64,000 nt of DNA from Vicugna vicugna (GCA_013265495.1 MU058213.1:2108001-2172000), one strand, 5' to 3'; positions 51,484 to 62,350 are shown, counted from the stretch's first letter. Numbers and translations are program-made. The notes: generated by a model not told the origin, from the sequence alone.

Positions 51484-52103
51484 NNNNNNNNNNNNNNNNN
51501 NNNNNNNNNNNNNNNNNNNNNNNNNNNNNNNNNNNNNNNNNNNNNNNNNNNNNNNNNNNNNNNNNNNNNNNNNNNNNNNNNNNNNNNNNNNNNNNNNNNN
51601 NNNNNNNNNNNNNNNNNNNNNNNNNNNNNNNNNNNNNNNNNNNNNNNNNNNNNNNNNNNNNNNNNNNNNNNNNNNNNNNNNNNNNNNNNNNNNNNNNNNN
51701 NNNNNNNNNNNNNNNNNNNNNNNNNNNNNNNNNNNNNNNNNNNNNNNNNNNNNNNNNNNNNNNNNNNNNNNNNNNNNNNNNNNNNNNNNNNNNNNNNNNN
51801 NNNNNNNNNNNNNNNNNNNNNNNNNNNNNNNNNNNNNNNNNNNNNNNNNNNNNNNNNNNNNNNNNNNNNNNNNNNNNNNNNNNNNNNNNNNNNNNNNNNN
51901 NNNNNNNNNNNNNNNNNNNNNNNNNNNNNNNNNNNNNNNNNNNNNNNNNNNNNNNNNNNNNNNNNNNNNNNNNNNNNNNNNNNNNNNNNNNNNNNNNNNN
52001 NNNNNNNNNNNNNNNNNNNNNNNNNNNNNNNNNNNNNNNNNNNNNNNNNNNNNNNNNNNNNNNNNNNNNNNNNNNNNNNNNNNNNNNNNNNNNNNNNNNN
52101 NNN
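51484..52103. other. Assembly gap (620 N)
   Basis: Run of N; the right edge opens inside a young L1. Confidence 1.
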
Positions 52104-52664
52104 TGTTCATAGCAGCACTATTTACAATAGCCAAAACATGGAAACAGCCTAAATGTCCATTAACAGATGACTGGATAAAGAAGACGTGTTATATTTATGC
52201 AATGGAATACTATTCAGCCATAAAAACTGACACCATAACGCCATTTGCAGCAACATGGATGTTCCTGGAGGATATCATTCTAAGTGAAGTAAGCCAGAAA
52301 GAGAAATACCATATGAGATCGCTCATATGTGGAATCTAAAAAAAAAAGAACATAAATACAAAACAGAAACAGACTCATAGACATAGAATACAAACTTGTG
52401 GTTGCCAAGGGGTGGGGGTGGGAAGGGATAGACTGAGAGTTCAAAATTTGCAGATATTGACAGGCATATGTAGAATAGATAAACAAGATGATACTGTATA
52501 GCACAGAGAAATATATACAAGATCTTGTGGTAGCTCACAGCTGAAAAAAAATGTGACAATGAATGTGTGTATGTTCATGTATAACTGAAAAAATTGTGCT
52601 CTACACTGGAATTTGACACAACATTGTAAACTGACTACAACTCAATAAAAATAAGTTTAAAAAA
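52104..52664 (+). mobile_element. Young L1: ORF2 C-terminus plus complete 3' UTR; 5' part lost in the gap
   Basis: Open frame FIAALFTIAKTWKQPKCP..MEYYSAIK..IILSEVSQKEK..SLICGI (stop at 52339); AATAAA at 52644-52649. Confidence 0.95.
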
Positions 52665-52889
52665 CACAGCTGAAAAAAAAATCTGAGAGTTATCTAATTT
52701 GTATGGAACAATTTCTTAAAGATTTATTTAATTATAATGTGGAGTACCAATTCATTTTTTTCCATTTCCCCATAGCCCCATGTAGACCTCCAGTAGTATT
52801 CACTACAGGACTGTAGACTTCTGATTACACATCTCAGGGTTGGAGCACTGGGGGCGCTCCAGAATCCTAAGCAGAGGAATGCCAAAGAG

Positions 52890-53061
52890 AGATTTTTCTC
52901 AAAGCATCATGGGAGGATCACCTGATGGGCTTACAAAAATGCAGATTCCTAAAGCCTGGCTCCAGACATACTGAATCAGATTTTATTAGTAAGGTCTGTG
53001 AATTTGCATTTTAAACAAGTTCTCAAAAGATACTAATATACCCTAAAGTCTAAGAAGCACT
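52890..53061. mobile_element. MER5A-like hAT MITE
   Basis: aaaatgcagattcct..tactgaatcaga..tttgcattttaaacaag..taaagtctaagaagcact. Confidence 0.85.
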
Positions 53062-53597
53062 TTTTTTTTATTTTTCTTTTCTTTAGTTAAGGTATAGTCA
53101 GTTTGCAATGTTGTTTTAGTTAATTTCTGGTGTACAGCATAGTGTTTCAGTTATACACACATACATGTTCCTTTTTCATATTCTTTTTCATTATAGGCTA
53201 TTATATTGAATATAGTTCCCTGTGCTATACAGTAGAACCTTGTTATTTATCTATTTTTTTATATAGTAGTTAGTATCTGCAAATCCGAAACTCCCAATTT
53301 ATCCCTCCACCGTTTCCCCCCAGTAACCATAAGTTTGTTTTCTATGACTGTGAGTCTGTTTCTGTTTTGTAAATAAGTCCATTTGTGTCATTTTTTTTTA
53401 GATTCCACATCTAAGTGTTATCATATGGTATTTTTCTTCTCTTTCTGGCTGACTTCACTTAGTATGACACTCTTCAGGTCCATCCATGTTGCTGCAAATG
53501 GCATTGTTTTGTTCTTTTTTATAGCTGAGTAGTATTCCATTGTATGTACATACTCAGACTTCTTTTTCCAGTCATGTCGGTGGACATTCAAGTTGCT
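53062..53597 (-). mobile_element. L1 3' end inserted at the MER5A terminus
   Basis: Minus translation MEYYSAIKKNKTMPFAATWMDLKSVILSEVSQKEK; degenerate TSD taagaagcact (53051-53061) and tgagcagcact (53598-53608). Confidence 0.92.
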
Positions 53598-53969
53598 TGA
53601 GCAGCACTGAAGACAGTAAAATATTGGTTGTGGAACTGATACCAATGAACTTATTCCTTTTGAGTGGAGAAATTATAATAAAGTCAGGTTTAACTGAAAT
53701 TATATTTGATCTTGAAAATATCCATTATCTAGTTTTGTTCTTTTCATATTTTTGGCACCACAGTTCTCAGTGTCACAAACGCAAGCTGGAAGAAAATACA
53801 CAGAACGTCAATACACAGAAATGTATCTAGAAAAAAAATCTATGATGTTTTTACCTCAGTATATCAGTATGTGCTTGGGATAAAAATCCACATTAACCCC
53901 AGTCAGGCATCTGAAAGTCATCTCTATGGCAACTTCTAAACTTAAAAGATAAAGAAGGAGCTAAGTAAA

Positions 53970-54115
53970 GATACTTAGGTATTGAGAGCCCACCATATGG
54001 CACCCAACTTACATTTATGAATTTGTCTTTCACAACAGCTATGTCAAGTAGACACACTTCTTCCCACTTTATAGACAAGAGCTTGAGACTTTGAGAGGTC
54101 AAGTAATTCCCCCAG
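53970..54115 (-). mobile_element. MIR
   Basis: tattgagagcccaccatatg..cccactttatagacaag..agaggtcaagtaatt. Confidence 0.75.
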
Positions 54116-54959
54116 AGAAAGTCTCTATCTCTTTTTTTTTCCTTTTTGTTAAATAATTTGTCATCCCTACCCCCAGCCCCCTTTTTAAATTCCTTTGTTT
54201 GTTTGAAGAAGTATCAACAACAAAAACAAGCAAACGGACTGTCTCCCTCTGTAGGATTTGGTGTTGAGTAGTTACTTAGATGCTAGCCTTTTCTGACAGA
54301 ATTCTGCAGTACCCTAATTTTGTAGTAATCTCTCCTCTTTGACAACAAAAGATGGTAGCTGGGGACTCAAAGGCTTCAACTGACACTCCCAGTTTTTTAT
54401 ATTTAATTTTGGACTACACTCAGTAGGTCCACTCTAGCGTCTGTCCATACTGTAAAACACGGAATGTTCCCTCGAGACAGGAAACTGTTTGGAGAAAGTC
54501 ACGTCTGATTCTGGATTCAGGACCTAAGACCCAGAAACAGTGAATGACAGCCAGTGATCAAGAGATTTTCTCTCAGCTGAGAGAGAGCAGCTCAGGTGTG
54601 GCACTAGGCTTCAATACTTTGTTATGCTTAGGAAAGACACCTTTATGTTCAAAGAAGCTTTTAGGAAACCAGCTAAGGCAAGTGCATTTCCTTCACAGAC
54701 ATATTCCCCAAAGTTTTGTGTCTTTCTGTAACAACATTTTTGATGTATTGCAAAGAGAAATTTAATGTAATACTCTGATGGAAAGAACCCTGGAGTTGGC
54801 TCCATTCTCTGATACTCACTGTGAGGGGGATGTGGAAAGATTATGCCTTTTCTCTGAATCTCTTTCCTAAACTCTAAGATACGAGCAGTAGACCGGATAC
54901 TATCTCAGGGCCCTTTTGTCAAACTTTCTTTAATGATTATTCACTTATTTTATAGTTTA

Positions 54960-55275
54960 AAACTTTTTAAATTTTATTCATTTTATGTATTTTATATTTA
55001 ATTTGCATTCTTTTTTTATTGAAGCATAGTCAGTTTACAATATTGCATCAATTTCTGGTGTACAGCATAGTGTTTCAGTCATACATATACATACATATAT
55101 TCCTGTTCGTATTTTTTCATTATAGGTTACTACAACATATTGAATATAGTTCCCTGTACTAAATAGAAGAAACTTGCTGTTTGTTTTATATACAGTAGTT
55201 AGTATCTGCATATCTTAAACTCACAATTTATTTCTTCCCATCCCCTTTACCTCCTGGTAACCATAAGTTTGTTAG
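54960..55275 (-). mobile_element. L1 3' UTR fragment
   Basis: tattgaagcatagtcagtttacaat..ctggtaaccataagtttgtt. Confidence 0.9.
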
Positions 55276-55529
55276 TTTTTAACAAGTGTGAAGATCTCTA
55301 CCTTTTTTCTTGAACCCAATTCAGTTCAGTAAACATGCACTGATGGGTGACTTGGCATAAGAAATTCCTCCCAGGAAGTCAACATACAATTTGAATTAGA
55401 GGGACTGAGTTCTATCTTGACTCATTTTAATATTTTATCCTGATTTCACATCTGTCTTATCTGTAAACACTTTCTCTGGTATTTAACAGGGTAACGTGAA
55501 TAACCAAGCCATTTTGCGGAGGCCCACTA

Positions 55530-55675
55530 CATGGTTACCATGTATTCCAGGTTTGCCAGGGACAGACATTGTTTAGCTTTATTGTAGATTAATTAAAATC
55601 CACTAATTAATGATGTGACCCCTTTTCACTCTCAAAAGTATCTTGATCTGAGTGGTAAATTCTATGGCGCCCCCC
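55530..55675. mobile_element. MER94-like hAT-Blackjack MITE
   Basis: ggttaccatgtattccaggtttgccagggacag..ccccttttcactctcaaaagt..taaattctatgg. Confidence 0.75.
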
Positions 55676-55679
55676 TGTT

Positions 55680-55845
55680 CCTCACTAAAGCTTTGTGAAG
55701 TCTGTGTTGGTCTCCTAATCCCGTGAATCAGGAAATGGTAGCTGGCTTTGAGAGGTTAAATGACTTGCTGAAGCCATCAAGTGGTGGAGACAGAATGAAA
55801 ATTCAGTTCTGTCTGATGCTAAAACTAATGCTCTTAACCACTACC
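55680..55845 (-). mobile_element. MIR
   Basis: gagaggttaaatgacttgctgaag..ttctgtctga..tgctcttaaccactac. Confidence 0.75.
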
Positions 55846-56100
55846 CTTCAAGGACTCCTTTTCCCACCAAATGCTAGGAAAAAATTTACTTAAAATGTAA
55901 CGCTGGAAAGGGGATTGCATCCTTTATTTTTTATTGTTTTAAGTGCAAATAACCTTTACTCCTAGGACATTTTTCCGTATGTTAAACTCAAAGCTGTCTT
56001 GTTGTAAGTTCAAGTGATTCCTCTGGTTTTGCCCCGGCAGAGTTAGAGACCAGCTGGTCACCAGGATTGTATCTTTGTTCAAGGTGTATTTATCCCTTAC

Positions 56101-56292
56101 ACCTCAGTAAATAGACACTTTGGCTGCCAAGAACAAAGGATAGAGGTTGTGCAGGATGATACGCCTCTTCGGTTCACACATCTGCTGTTGGGCCCTGCAG
56201 GAGCTTGGATGATGTTGAGGCTTGTAGTGGTGGCTACCGCAATATTCTGCAGGCAGATGATACCGTCAGTCATTCCTTGAGCAGTCATTATT
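56101..56292 (-). other. Exon-like segment (unverified), 192 nt
   Basis: Acceptor ttcctcttctcttctcag/A, donor GGT/gtaagg, one frame open throughout; peptide not recognised. Confidence 0.25.
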
Positions 56293-56479
56293 CTGAGAAG
56301 AGAAGAGGAATTCTTTCGAAAGAGTAGGGATTCTGAACACCTTGGATGCGTAGCACTTGGAGAAGCATGGTCATTGCCCTCAAGTTGTACAGATGTGAAT
56401 TAAAGTGGGAGTTTCATCAGATAGTTAAGAAGTAAATGTGGTGTAATGGTCGTTAAGATGATGATGGTGTTACTAGTTA

Positions 56480-56610
56480 GGACAATATTATTACCTCAAT
56501 TGTATGAAAAAGGAAATAGATTCATACAACTTATGACTTGCTTTCCCAAAGTTACACAGAAATTAATAGAGTAGATCTTGAACACAGGACTTCTAACTCT
56601 AAATCATTCT
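56480..56610 (-). mobile_element. MIR
   Basis: tgacttgc..cccaaagttacacag..cttgaacacaggacttctaactc. Confidence 0.7.
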
Positions 56611-56714
56611 CCCATTCATTCTGTCTTCCCTCATCAATTCACCTTCCCACTCATCAACTAATTTATATTATCAGTTATCATAAACATTTATTAAGTGCCA
56701 ACTTTATGCTAGGC

Positions 56715-56890
56715 CAGTGTTTCCGAATATTGATGCCTATTTGAAATACCTTAGGATCTTTTAAAAACACTGATTCCAGCCTGACTGCCAACTTCAACAT
56801 TCTGGTTTAATTGCTGGGCTGTGATCTGGGCTTTAGGATTTTTAAAAGCCTCCCAGAAGATTCTAATGTAACTGAATTAGGAATTCACTG
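56715..56890. mobile_element. MER5A-like MITE with perfect 8-bp TSD, nested in an L2 3' end (about 56660-56970, minus)
   Basis: CAGTG...CACTG termini; TGCTAGGC at 56707-56714 and 56891-56898. Confidence 0.88.
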
Positions 56891-57509
56891 TGCTAGGCAC
56901 TTGGTTGGGAGCTAGGAATAAAAGATGACCCAGGCAAACTGATGCCCTTAAAACATTGCAATGAAAGAGGAGATTCAAAGCTGATCCTTTTTACTCCAAG
57001 TTTACAGAGAACCATTAAAGCACAGGGGACCCATGCTGTTCATAGAATTCAGGGCATGCATAATAAAAATTGCAAAATTTTACAGTTTTAGAATGACTGA
57101 TTTTTTTTTTCTGGAGAGGTTTGGTGAAGAACATAGCATGATGAAAATAAGATTTCTGGAGTGCCTTGTATTTATGTGAAGTGCAAAATGTGAAATATAT
57201 GTCACGTCTGTGTTCAAAACATTAAGTAAAATAGTAGACGTGAATAGAGCAAATTGTTACTGAATTAGCACCTCACAATAGCTGCTCTCAGGGGGTAATT
57301 TAGGCTTCTTTTTATATCGTGGTTCAGACTTTGATGTGATGAGAAGATTTTGAAATGCACTTTGAGAATTCTTTTTATCCCTTCGATTCACATGGTTAAG
57401 TGATCAGAGATCACATTTTATTTCTATGTGGAAAACCTCCATTAATTTGATGCAAAGCAGGCACTCTTGAATCCTGAGGGAAATGAGAAATTAATGGTTT
57501 TCTTTCTAA

Positions 57510-58120
57510 GAGGGACGGTAGGCGGGGAGTTAGGCACTGCTGACGGGCAGCTGCTGCACGGGGCTCTAGGGGTTCCCCCTTAGGAGGGCCCCAAAAGTCA
57601 AGTCACATTAGCAGCGAGTCTCTCGTTTCTGTCCAACTCAATCCTAAAGGAATCTTTAGACTCAGGGATATTTCTGGAATAGCAAAATTATGGCATCACC
57701 CAAGAGCGTTACAGAACAAGCAAAACAAAGATTCTCCTTTTCGGACTTGGCTAGAGCTTGAACAAGCTTGCCCTACAAATTGGGGGCAGTTGCTCTGTGA
57801 CAGGGACAGGAGGCAGTAACTCAGAGGCAGAACAGATATTTAGATATGATCTACCTGTCCTGTAGCAGTTGTTACCACTTGCCGACACGTTAGATGTTTA
57901 TTTTGCTTGTGCTTTCTGGTTTCCAGCTAAATTACCTCTAAGACATCTTATAATGGTGGGTTTCCTTGTCACAAATGTCTCCTTGCTCGTGCATCCCCTA
58001 GAAGCAATGTCAGAGCAGAATCCAGAGCTTGTTATTAATGAGCCAGCAGATGCCATATGCAGTTGAGTGTAAACAGTCACGTGCTGCGACTCTGGGGGGT
58101 CACAAAGCAGCCAGGTAAGT
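57510..58120. promoter_or_regulatory. GC/CpG-enriched motif cluster, candidate enhancer/promoter
   Basis: GGCGGGGA 57521-57528, CAGCTG near 57548, GGGGTTCCCC 57569-57578, TGTAAACA 58068-58075 abutting GTCACGTG 58076-58083. Confidence 0.4.
58002..58114 (+). other. Exon-like segment (unverified), 113 nt
   Basis: Acceptor ctccttgctcgtgcatcccctag/A, perfect donor CAG/gtaagt; frame 0 open; peptide not recognised. Confidence 0.25.
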
Positions 58121-58289
58121 GTGCAAGGCTCTTGGCTTACAACGGAAGGGGCAGCAGGACAGCAGAAATCTCCCATCCCCTTGTGTCATCTCCTTCCTCA
58201 CTCATCATTTCCTACCCATCCTTTAAAAGATCCTGAATTTCTTGTAGCAATGGGTTGTCGGAGGAATAACTACATTGTGCCTGTCTGTT

Positions 58290-58530
58290 TTACATATGCC
58301 ACCTTGTTTATCTCAGATCACCTGTCAGAAGCTATTATCATCACCTCCTCAGCCAAGGACTGGGTCAGGTGTATCTCTGCTGCGTTCTCACAGCATATTC
58401 CACTTCTAAACCTATATTGACACAATGTTGTAATTGTTTGTCTCATTAGACTGTGTGCCTATTGAGGGTAAAGGCGATGTTTCTCTTTGAACTATTGCTG
58501 CTTAGCACAGTAATTTCACAGAATAGGGGT
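58290..58530 (+). mobile_element. L2 3' fragment
   Basis: tcacctcctcag..attagactgtgtgcctattgaggg..gcttagcacagt. Confidence 0.65.
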
Positions 58531-59081
58531 CTGGATAATTATAAGTTTATTTTAAATTAGTGACTTATATTTTCAAGGGAAGCAAGTATTAACTGAATGG
58601 AAATTTGAAAGTGGTTTTCACAAGGTTATACACAGTTAGGAACTGAGTGACCTGGGATTCAGAGGCCGAAGTTCCAACCTGAGGTGTCAGGGCTTTTCTT
58701 GCAATCGTACAGCCTCTTTTGATGAAGATGAAATCCAAAATTAGCTGTTACCATACATTTTCACAACTGGCTATGGAGTGAGCTTTCCATATTTTTCCTA
58801 ACTGTATGCTCCAAATGAAAGTTATGAGCTAGATGTGTCACAGAACTAAATTTAGATGGTTTAGGAAAGAATAGTGAGATTTCTCCTGACTGGTTGGTTT
58901 ATGTTAAGGGCTAGCTCATTCTCACTCTCAAACCTAAGGGAGAAAATGTATACAAATTACAAAATGCTGTGACTTGAGTTGATATTTCAAAAACTGTGAT
59001 AAATGATGTATTTTTAGCCTTACCTGTACTGGCAGCATACTGTTACCTTGTTACTTTAAGGCTCTCGTAATTTATAGTGAT

Positions 59082-59117
59082 ATCAAAGTCAAAATGAAAG
59101 GTCAACGCCAAAGGTCA
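59082..59117 (+). promoter_or_regulatory. Three nuclear-receptor-type half-sites in 13-bp phase (two exact NBREs)
   Basis: CAAAGTCA 59084-59091, AAAGGTCA 59097-59104, AAAGGTCA 59110-59117. Confidence 0.4.
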
Positions 59118-60199
59118 AAATCATCAAGAAATCAGCATATTTTCACAGTCCAGTTAAAATAGAAAGGTGAGCTGGCTAGGACATCTGAAATTCAACTTCT
59201 TGGTTCGACTTCTGATATTTTAGCAAATATAAGAAGAGAATTATAACATATATGTTCAGTTACAGAAGCACCAACATATCAGTGCTATTACGTGTGAGGC
59301 AATTTCAGGTGAATATATATTTTGAGCACCAATTATCTAGATAATGTCTCCAATTATCTATAATATTCCACCTGTGTAGACAGAGATGCTGGACTTCTCT
59401 GTGAAGATTTCTACCTTTTTTTATATAATGGAATCAAAGTTATTTTTTTTTCCAAAGAGTCATAAGGATCAAATCTAACTAGGAAAAAAGTCATAATGTG
59501 AAGAGAGCAACCTAGAAATCTTTAATATTGAACATGCTGCATTAAGGAATACAGAATTCTAAGAGACAGGGTTAGTAAGAGACATGATTTTTCAGTTGCT
59601 GTGTTCCTGTTATTTCATTAGAATGAAAGGAACTGGGAAATGAGAAAAGTTGAAACTGCTCCAGCCAAAGTGATGCGGTAATTAGGGCAATCTCCATTTG
59701 GCTGAAACACAATCAAAGTGACAGGGCTGTTAAAATTCCATCTCCAAAACATTTAAAAACCGTTAGAGTACTCTCCTCAGAAATTGGGGGCAGTCACGAT
59801 GTGGTGGGGTGAAAGGGATGGTGGCAGCATCTCAAGAACACAGGGAAGGTGGAGGGCACGGAGAGAGAGAGAGAGAAGCAGTTGGTACTAAAAATCCAGA
59901 GGCTTTATACACACACAGTCAGCTGGGTGGTCTGGCAATAGTACAGACACCTACCTGCCCATCATGCTGCCTCCGAGTCCTGGTCATTTCAATCAGCTTT
60001 CATCCATTTAAGAATATTAAGGGATGGTGTGTTCACATAGCAAATCCGTTTTTACTGCCCACCACACGTAGGCACTATGCATGGTGCTCAGAATGCTCAG
60101 TAATCAAAAACAGACATCTGCCATCTTACTCCAGACTTCCGTTCTTAACTATCACGTGATCCTGTCTCAGCTGGACCTATAAACAAACAGAGGAGCAAA

Positions 60200-60540
60200 G
60201 GAGTTGAAGGGACAGGCAAGGGAGTTATTGAAATGAAACATCTTAAGCTATGTAAGTTGGCAAATGAAAAAAAAAAAGGAAGCTTATGGATTGGGACAAA
60301 ACTGGGAACTCAAAGGGATGGATAGCTCATTGAGTTTGCAGACTGGTCACACTGGGAGCAGTTGGACAGGAAGACTAGTGGAAGCTCTGAGCAGAGAATG
60401 GTTGTGTAGTTGAAAGAATTATAGGTGATGACAATGTCAAGAGATGATCCAGAGAATGGTTGGTGGAAGGAGAATGGAGGACGAGATCATCATGGTTGAG
60501 GAGGTCGTGGAACTGAGAGGCAGCCTTGTTGTCTAGGTTG
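60200..60540 (-). mobile_element. L2 fragment from the endonuclease-coding region
   Basis: Minus translation ASQFHDLLNHDDLVLHSPSTNHSLDHLLTL resembles the decayed L2 endonuclease C-terminal motif (TH..GHTLDL region). Confidence 0.65.
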
Positions 60541-60953
60541 TTCCTGGGGCTGCAGAATGGGCTTGTGTGCATGTGTGTGTAAACAAGGATGCCTGCACTC
60601 TGGGCTTATAAAATACTTTAGGAGCTCTAGTACTACCCATAAGGCTCAGAAAACTCTGATATTGCCATCATAGAATATTTTATCACTAAAACAAATGCCA
60701 GAGAATATTTACTATCATACTGTTACTACATGTATATTCATGATGACAATCCTTACTCTGAAATTCTAACATAAGTAAAATAAGATTTACAGAAATGGAA
60801 ATGTTCTTAAAATAGTATTTTTAAAGGGAGTGGTTCCTTTCTTTGTAAATTATTAGATCTTAAGTATAATCTCAAAAATCCTCACAACACTGTGAGTGCA
60901 TTACATGTAGTAATTTTCATGTTATGTGGATTGTACTAAAATAAAAATTCTCA

Positions 60954-61099
60954 GGGGGAGGATATAGCTCAAGTGGTAAAATACATGCTTAGCATGCAGA
61001 AAATCCTGGGTTCAATCCCCAGTACCTCCTCTAAAAATAAATAAACCTGATTACTGCCCCCCCCCACAAAATAAAATAATGAAATAATACAATAATAAA
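60954..61099 (+). mobile_element. tRNA-derived camelid SINE (Vic-1-like) with perfect 16-bp TSD
   Basis: GGGGGAGGATATAGCTCAAGTGG (A box), GGTTCAATCCC (B box), C-run, A-rich tail; TAAAATAAAAATTCTC at 60937-60952 and 61100-61115. Confidence 0.93.
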
Positions 61100-61279
61100 T
61101 AAAATAAAAATTCTCCCCCAGTCTAAGAAATTCATTATAAAATATCTCAGAAATTCTGACTAGCTAGATAGAAACATCAATTTCTTTTTGTGGTTACTGT
61201 TTAACATTCAATTATAGTAACATATTAAATGAACGAAGGAAGGAGAGGAAATTCGCCTTATTTTAAATTTGGTTTTAGT

Positions 61280-61440
61280 CCGCGTGTATTTATTGAACTT
61301 CCTTATTAGGTACCAGAAACAGTGCTACGCCTTGTGTGGCAGACAGCAGCAAACACCAAACAGTTCCTGACCCCTAGGAGCTCACAGTCTAGTGGGAAGA
61401 AGAGAGGCATTGATAAACAGATCTCTTAGCCAGCAAACTG
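61280..61440 (-). mobile_element. L2 3' terminus
   Basis: gtatttattgaac..cctgacccctaggagctcacagtctagtggg. Confidence 0.8.
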
Positions 61441-61559
61441 TACTTAGAGATTACAGTATGGGCTTAAACAGTGGTTGGTGAGTGGAAAGGCAGAGACTGA
61501 GGATGATCGTGTTGCTTATTTTCAGAGCACATTTTTTTCCCATCAAAATAGCTAAATTT

Positions 61560-62350
61560 GTTTATTTATTTCATCTTTTTAAATATAATTTTAAAGGTCA
61601 TTTTCTATTTACAGTTATTATAGAACTGTATTGTATATATTGACTGTATTCTCTGTATTGTACAGGACATCCTTGAGCCTGTCTTACATCCAGTATTTTT
61701 TACCTCTCACTCCCCCACCCCTATATTACTTCTCACCCCTGACTGGTAACCGTTAGTTTGTTCTCTATATCTGTGTGCCTGCTTCTTTTCTGTTATAGTC
61801 ACTAGTTTCTTACAATTTTTTTTAAGATTCCACATAATAGTGATATCATACAGTATTTGTCTTTATCTGTCTGACTTATTTCACTTAGCATAATACCCTC
61901 CAAGTCCATACATGTTGCTGCACATGGCATAATTTTGTTCTTCTTTATGGCTGAGTAATATTTCATTTTGTGTGTGTATCTGCTTTATCCATTCATCACT
62001 GATGGACACGTAGGTTGCTTCCATATCTTGGTAATTGTAAATAATGCTGCTGTGAACACTGAGGTGGGTGTATCTTTTCAAATTAGTGTTTCTGGTTTTG
62101 GGGGGATATATACCCAGGAGTAGAATTTCTGAGTCATATGGTAGTTCTATTTTTAGTTTTTTGAGAAACCTCCATACTGTTTTCCACCGTGGCTGCTCCA
62201 ATTTACTTTCCCACCGACAATGTATGAGGATTCCCTTTTCTCCACATCCTCACCAGCATTTGCTGTTATCTTTTTGATGACAGCCATTCATTGTGGCTTT
62301 GATTTACATTTCCCTGATAATTAGTGATGTTGAGCATCTTTTCATGTGCC
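61560..62350 (-). mobile_element. L1 3' fragment (ORF2 C-terminus plus UTR)
   Basis: Minus translation [27 protein letters not shown], frameshifted downstream. Confidence 0.95.

Noticed and set aside
51406..52339. Three long ORFs (230-299 aa)
   Set aside because: Artefacts of translating through 620 N; only the L1 ORF2 tail is real.
52841..52860. CTCF-like GGGGGCGCT
   Set aside because: The 5' half (GAGCACT) departs from the CCACCA/CCAGCA core at most positions.
56104..56292. Selenoprotein-type TGA read-through in an alternative frame of the exon candidate
   Set aside because: No Sec motif context, no SECIS evident, no similarity to known selenoproteins.
60954..61030. tRNA gene (also 20015-20087, minus)
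   Set aside because: A/B boxes are present but followed by SINE body, A-rich tail and TSDs; it is a SINE head.
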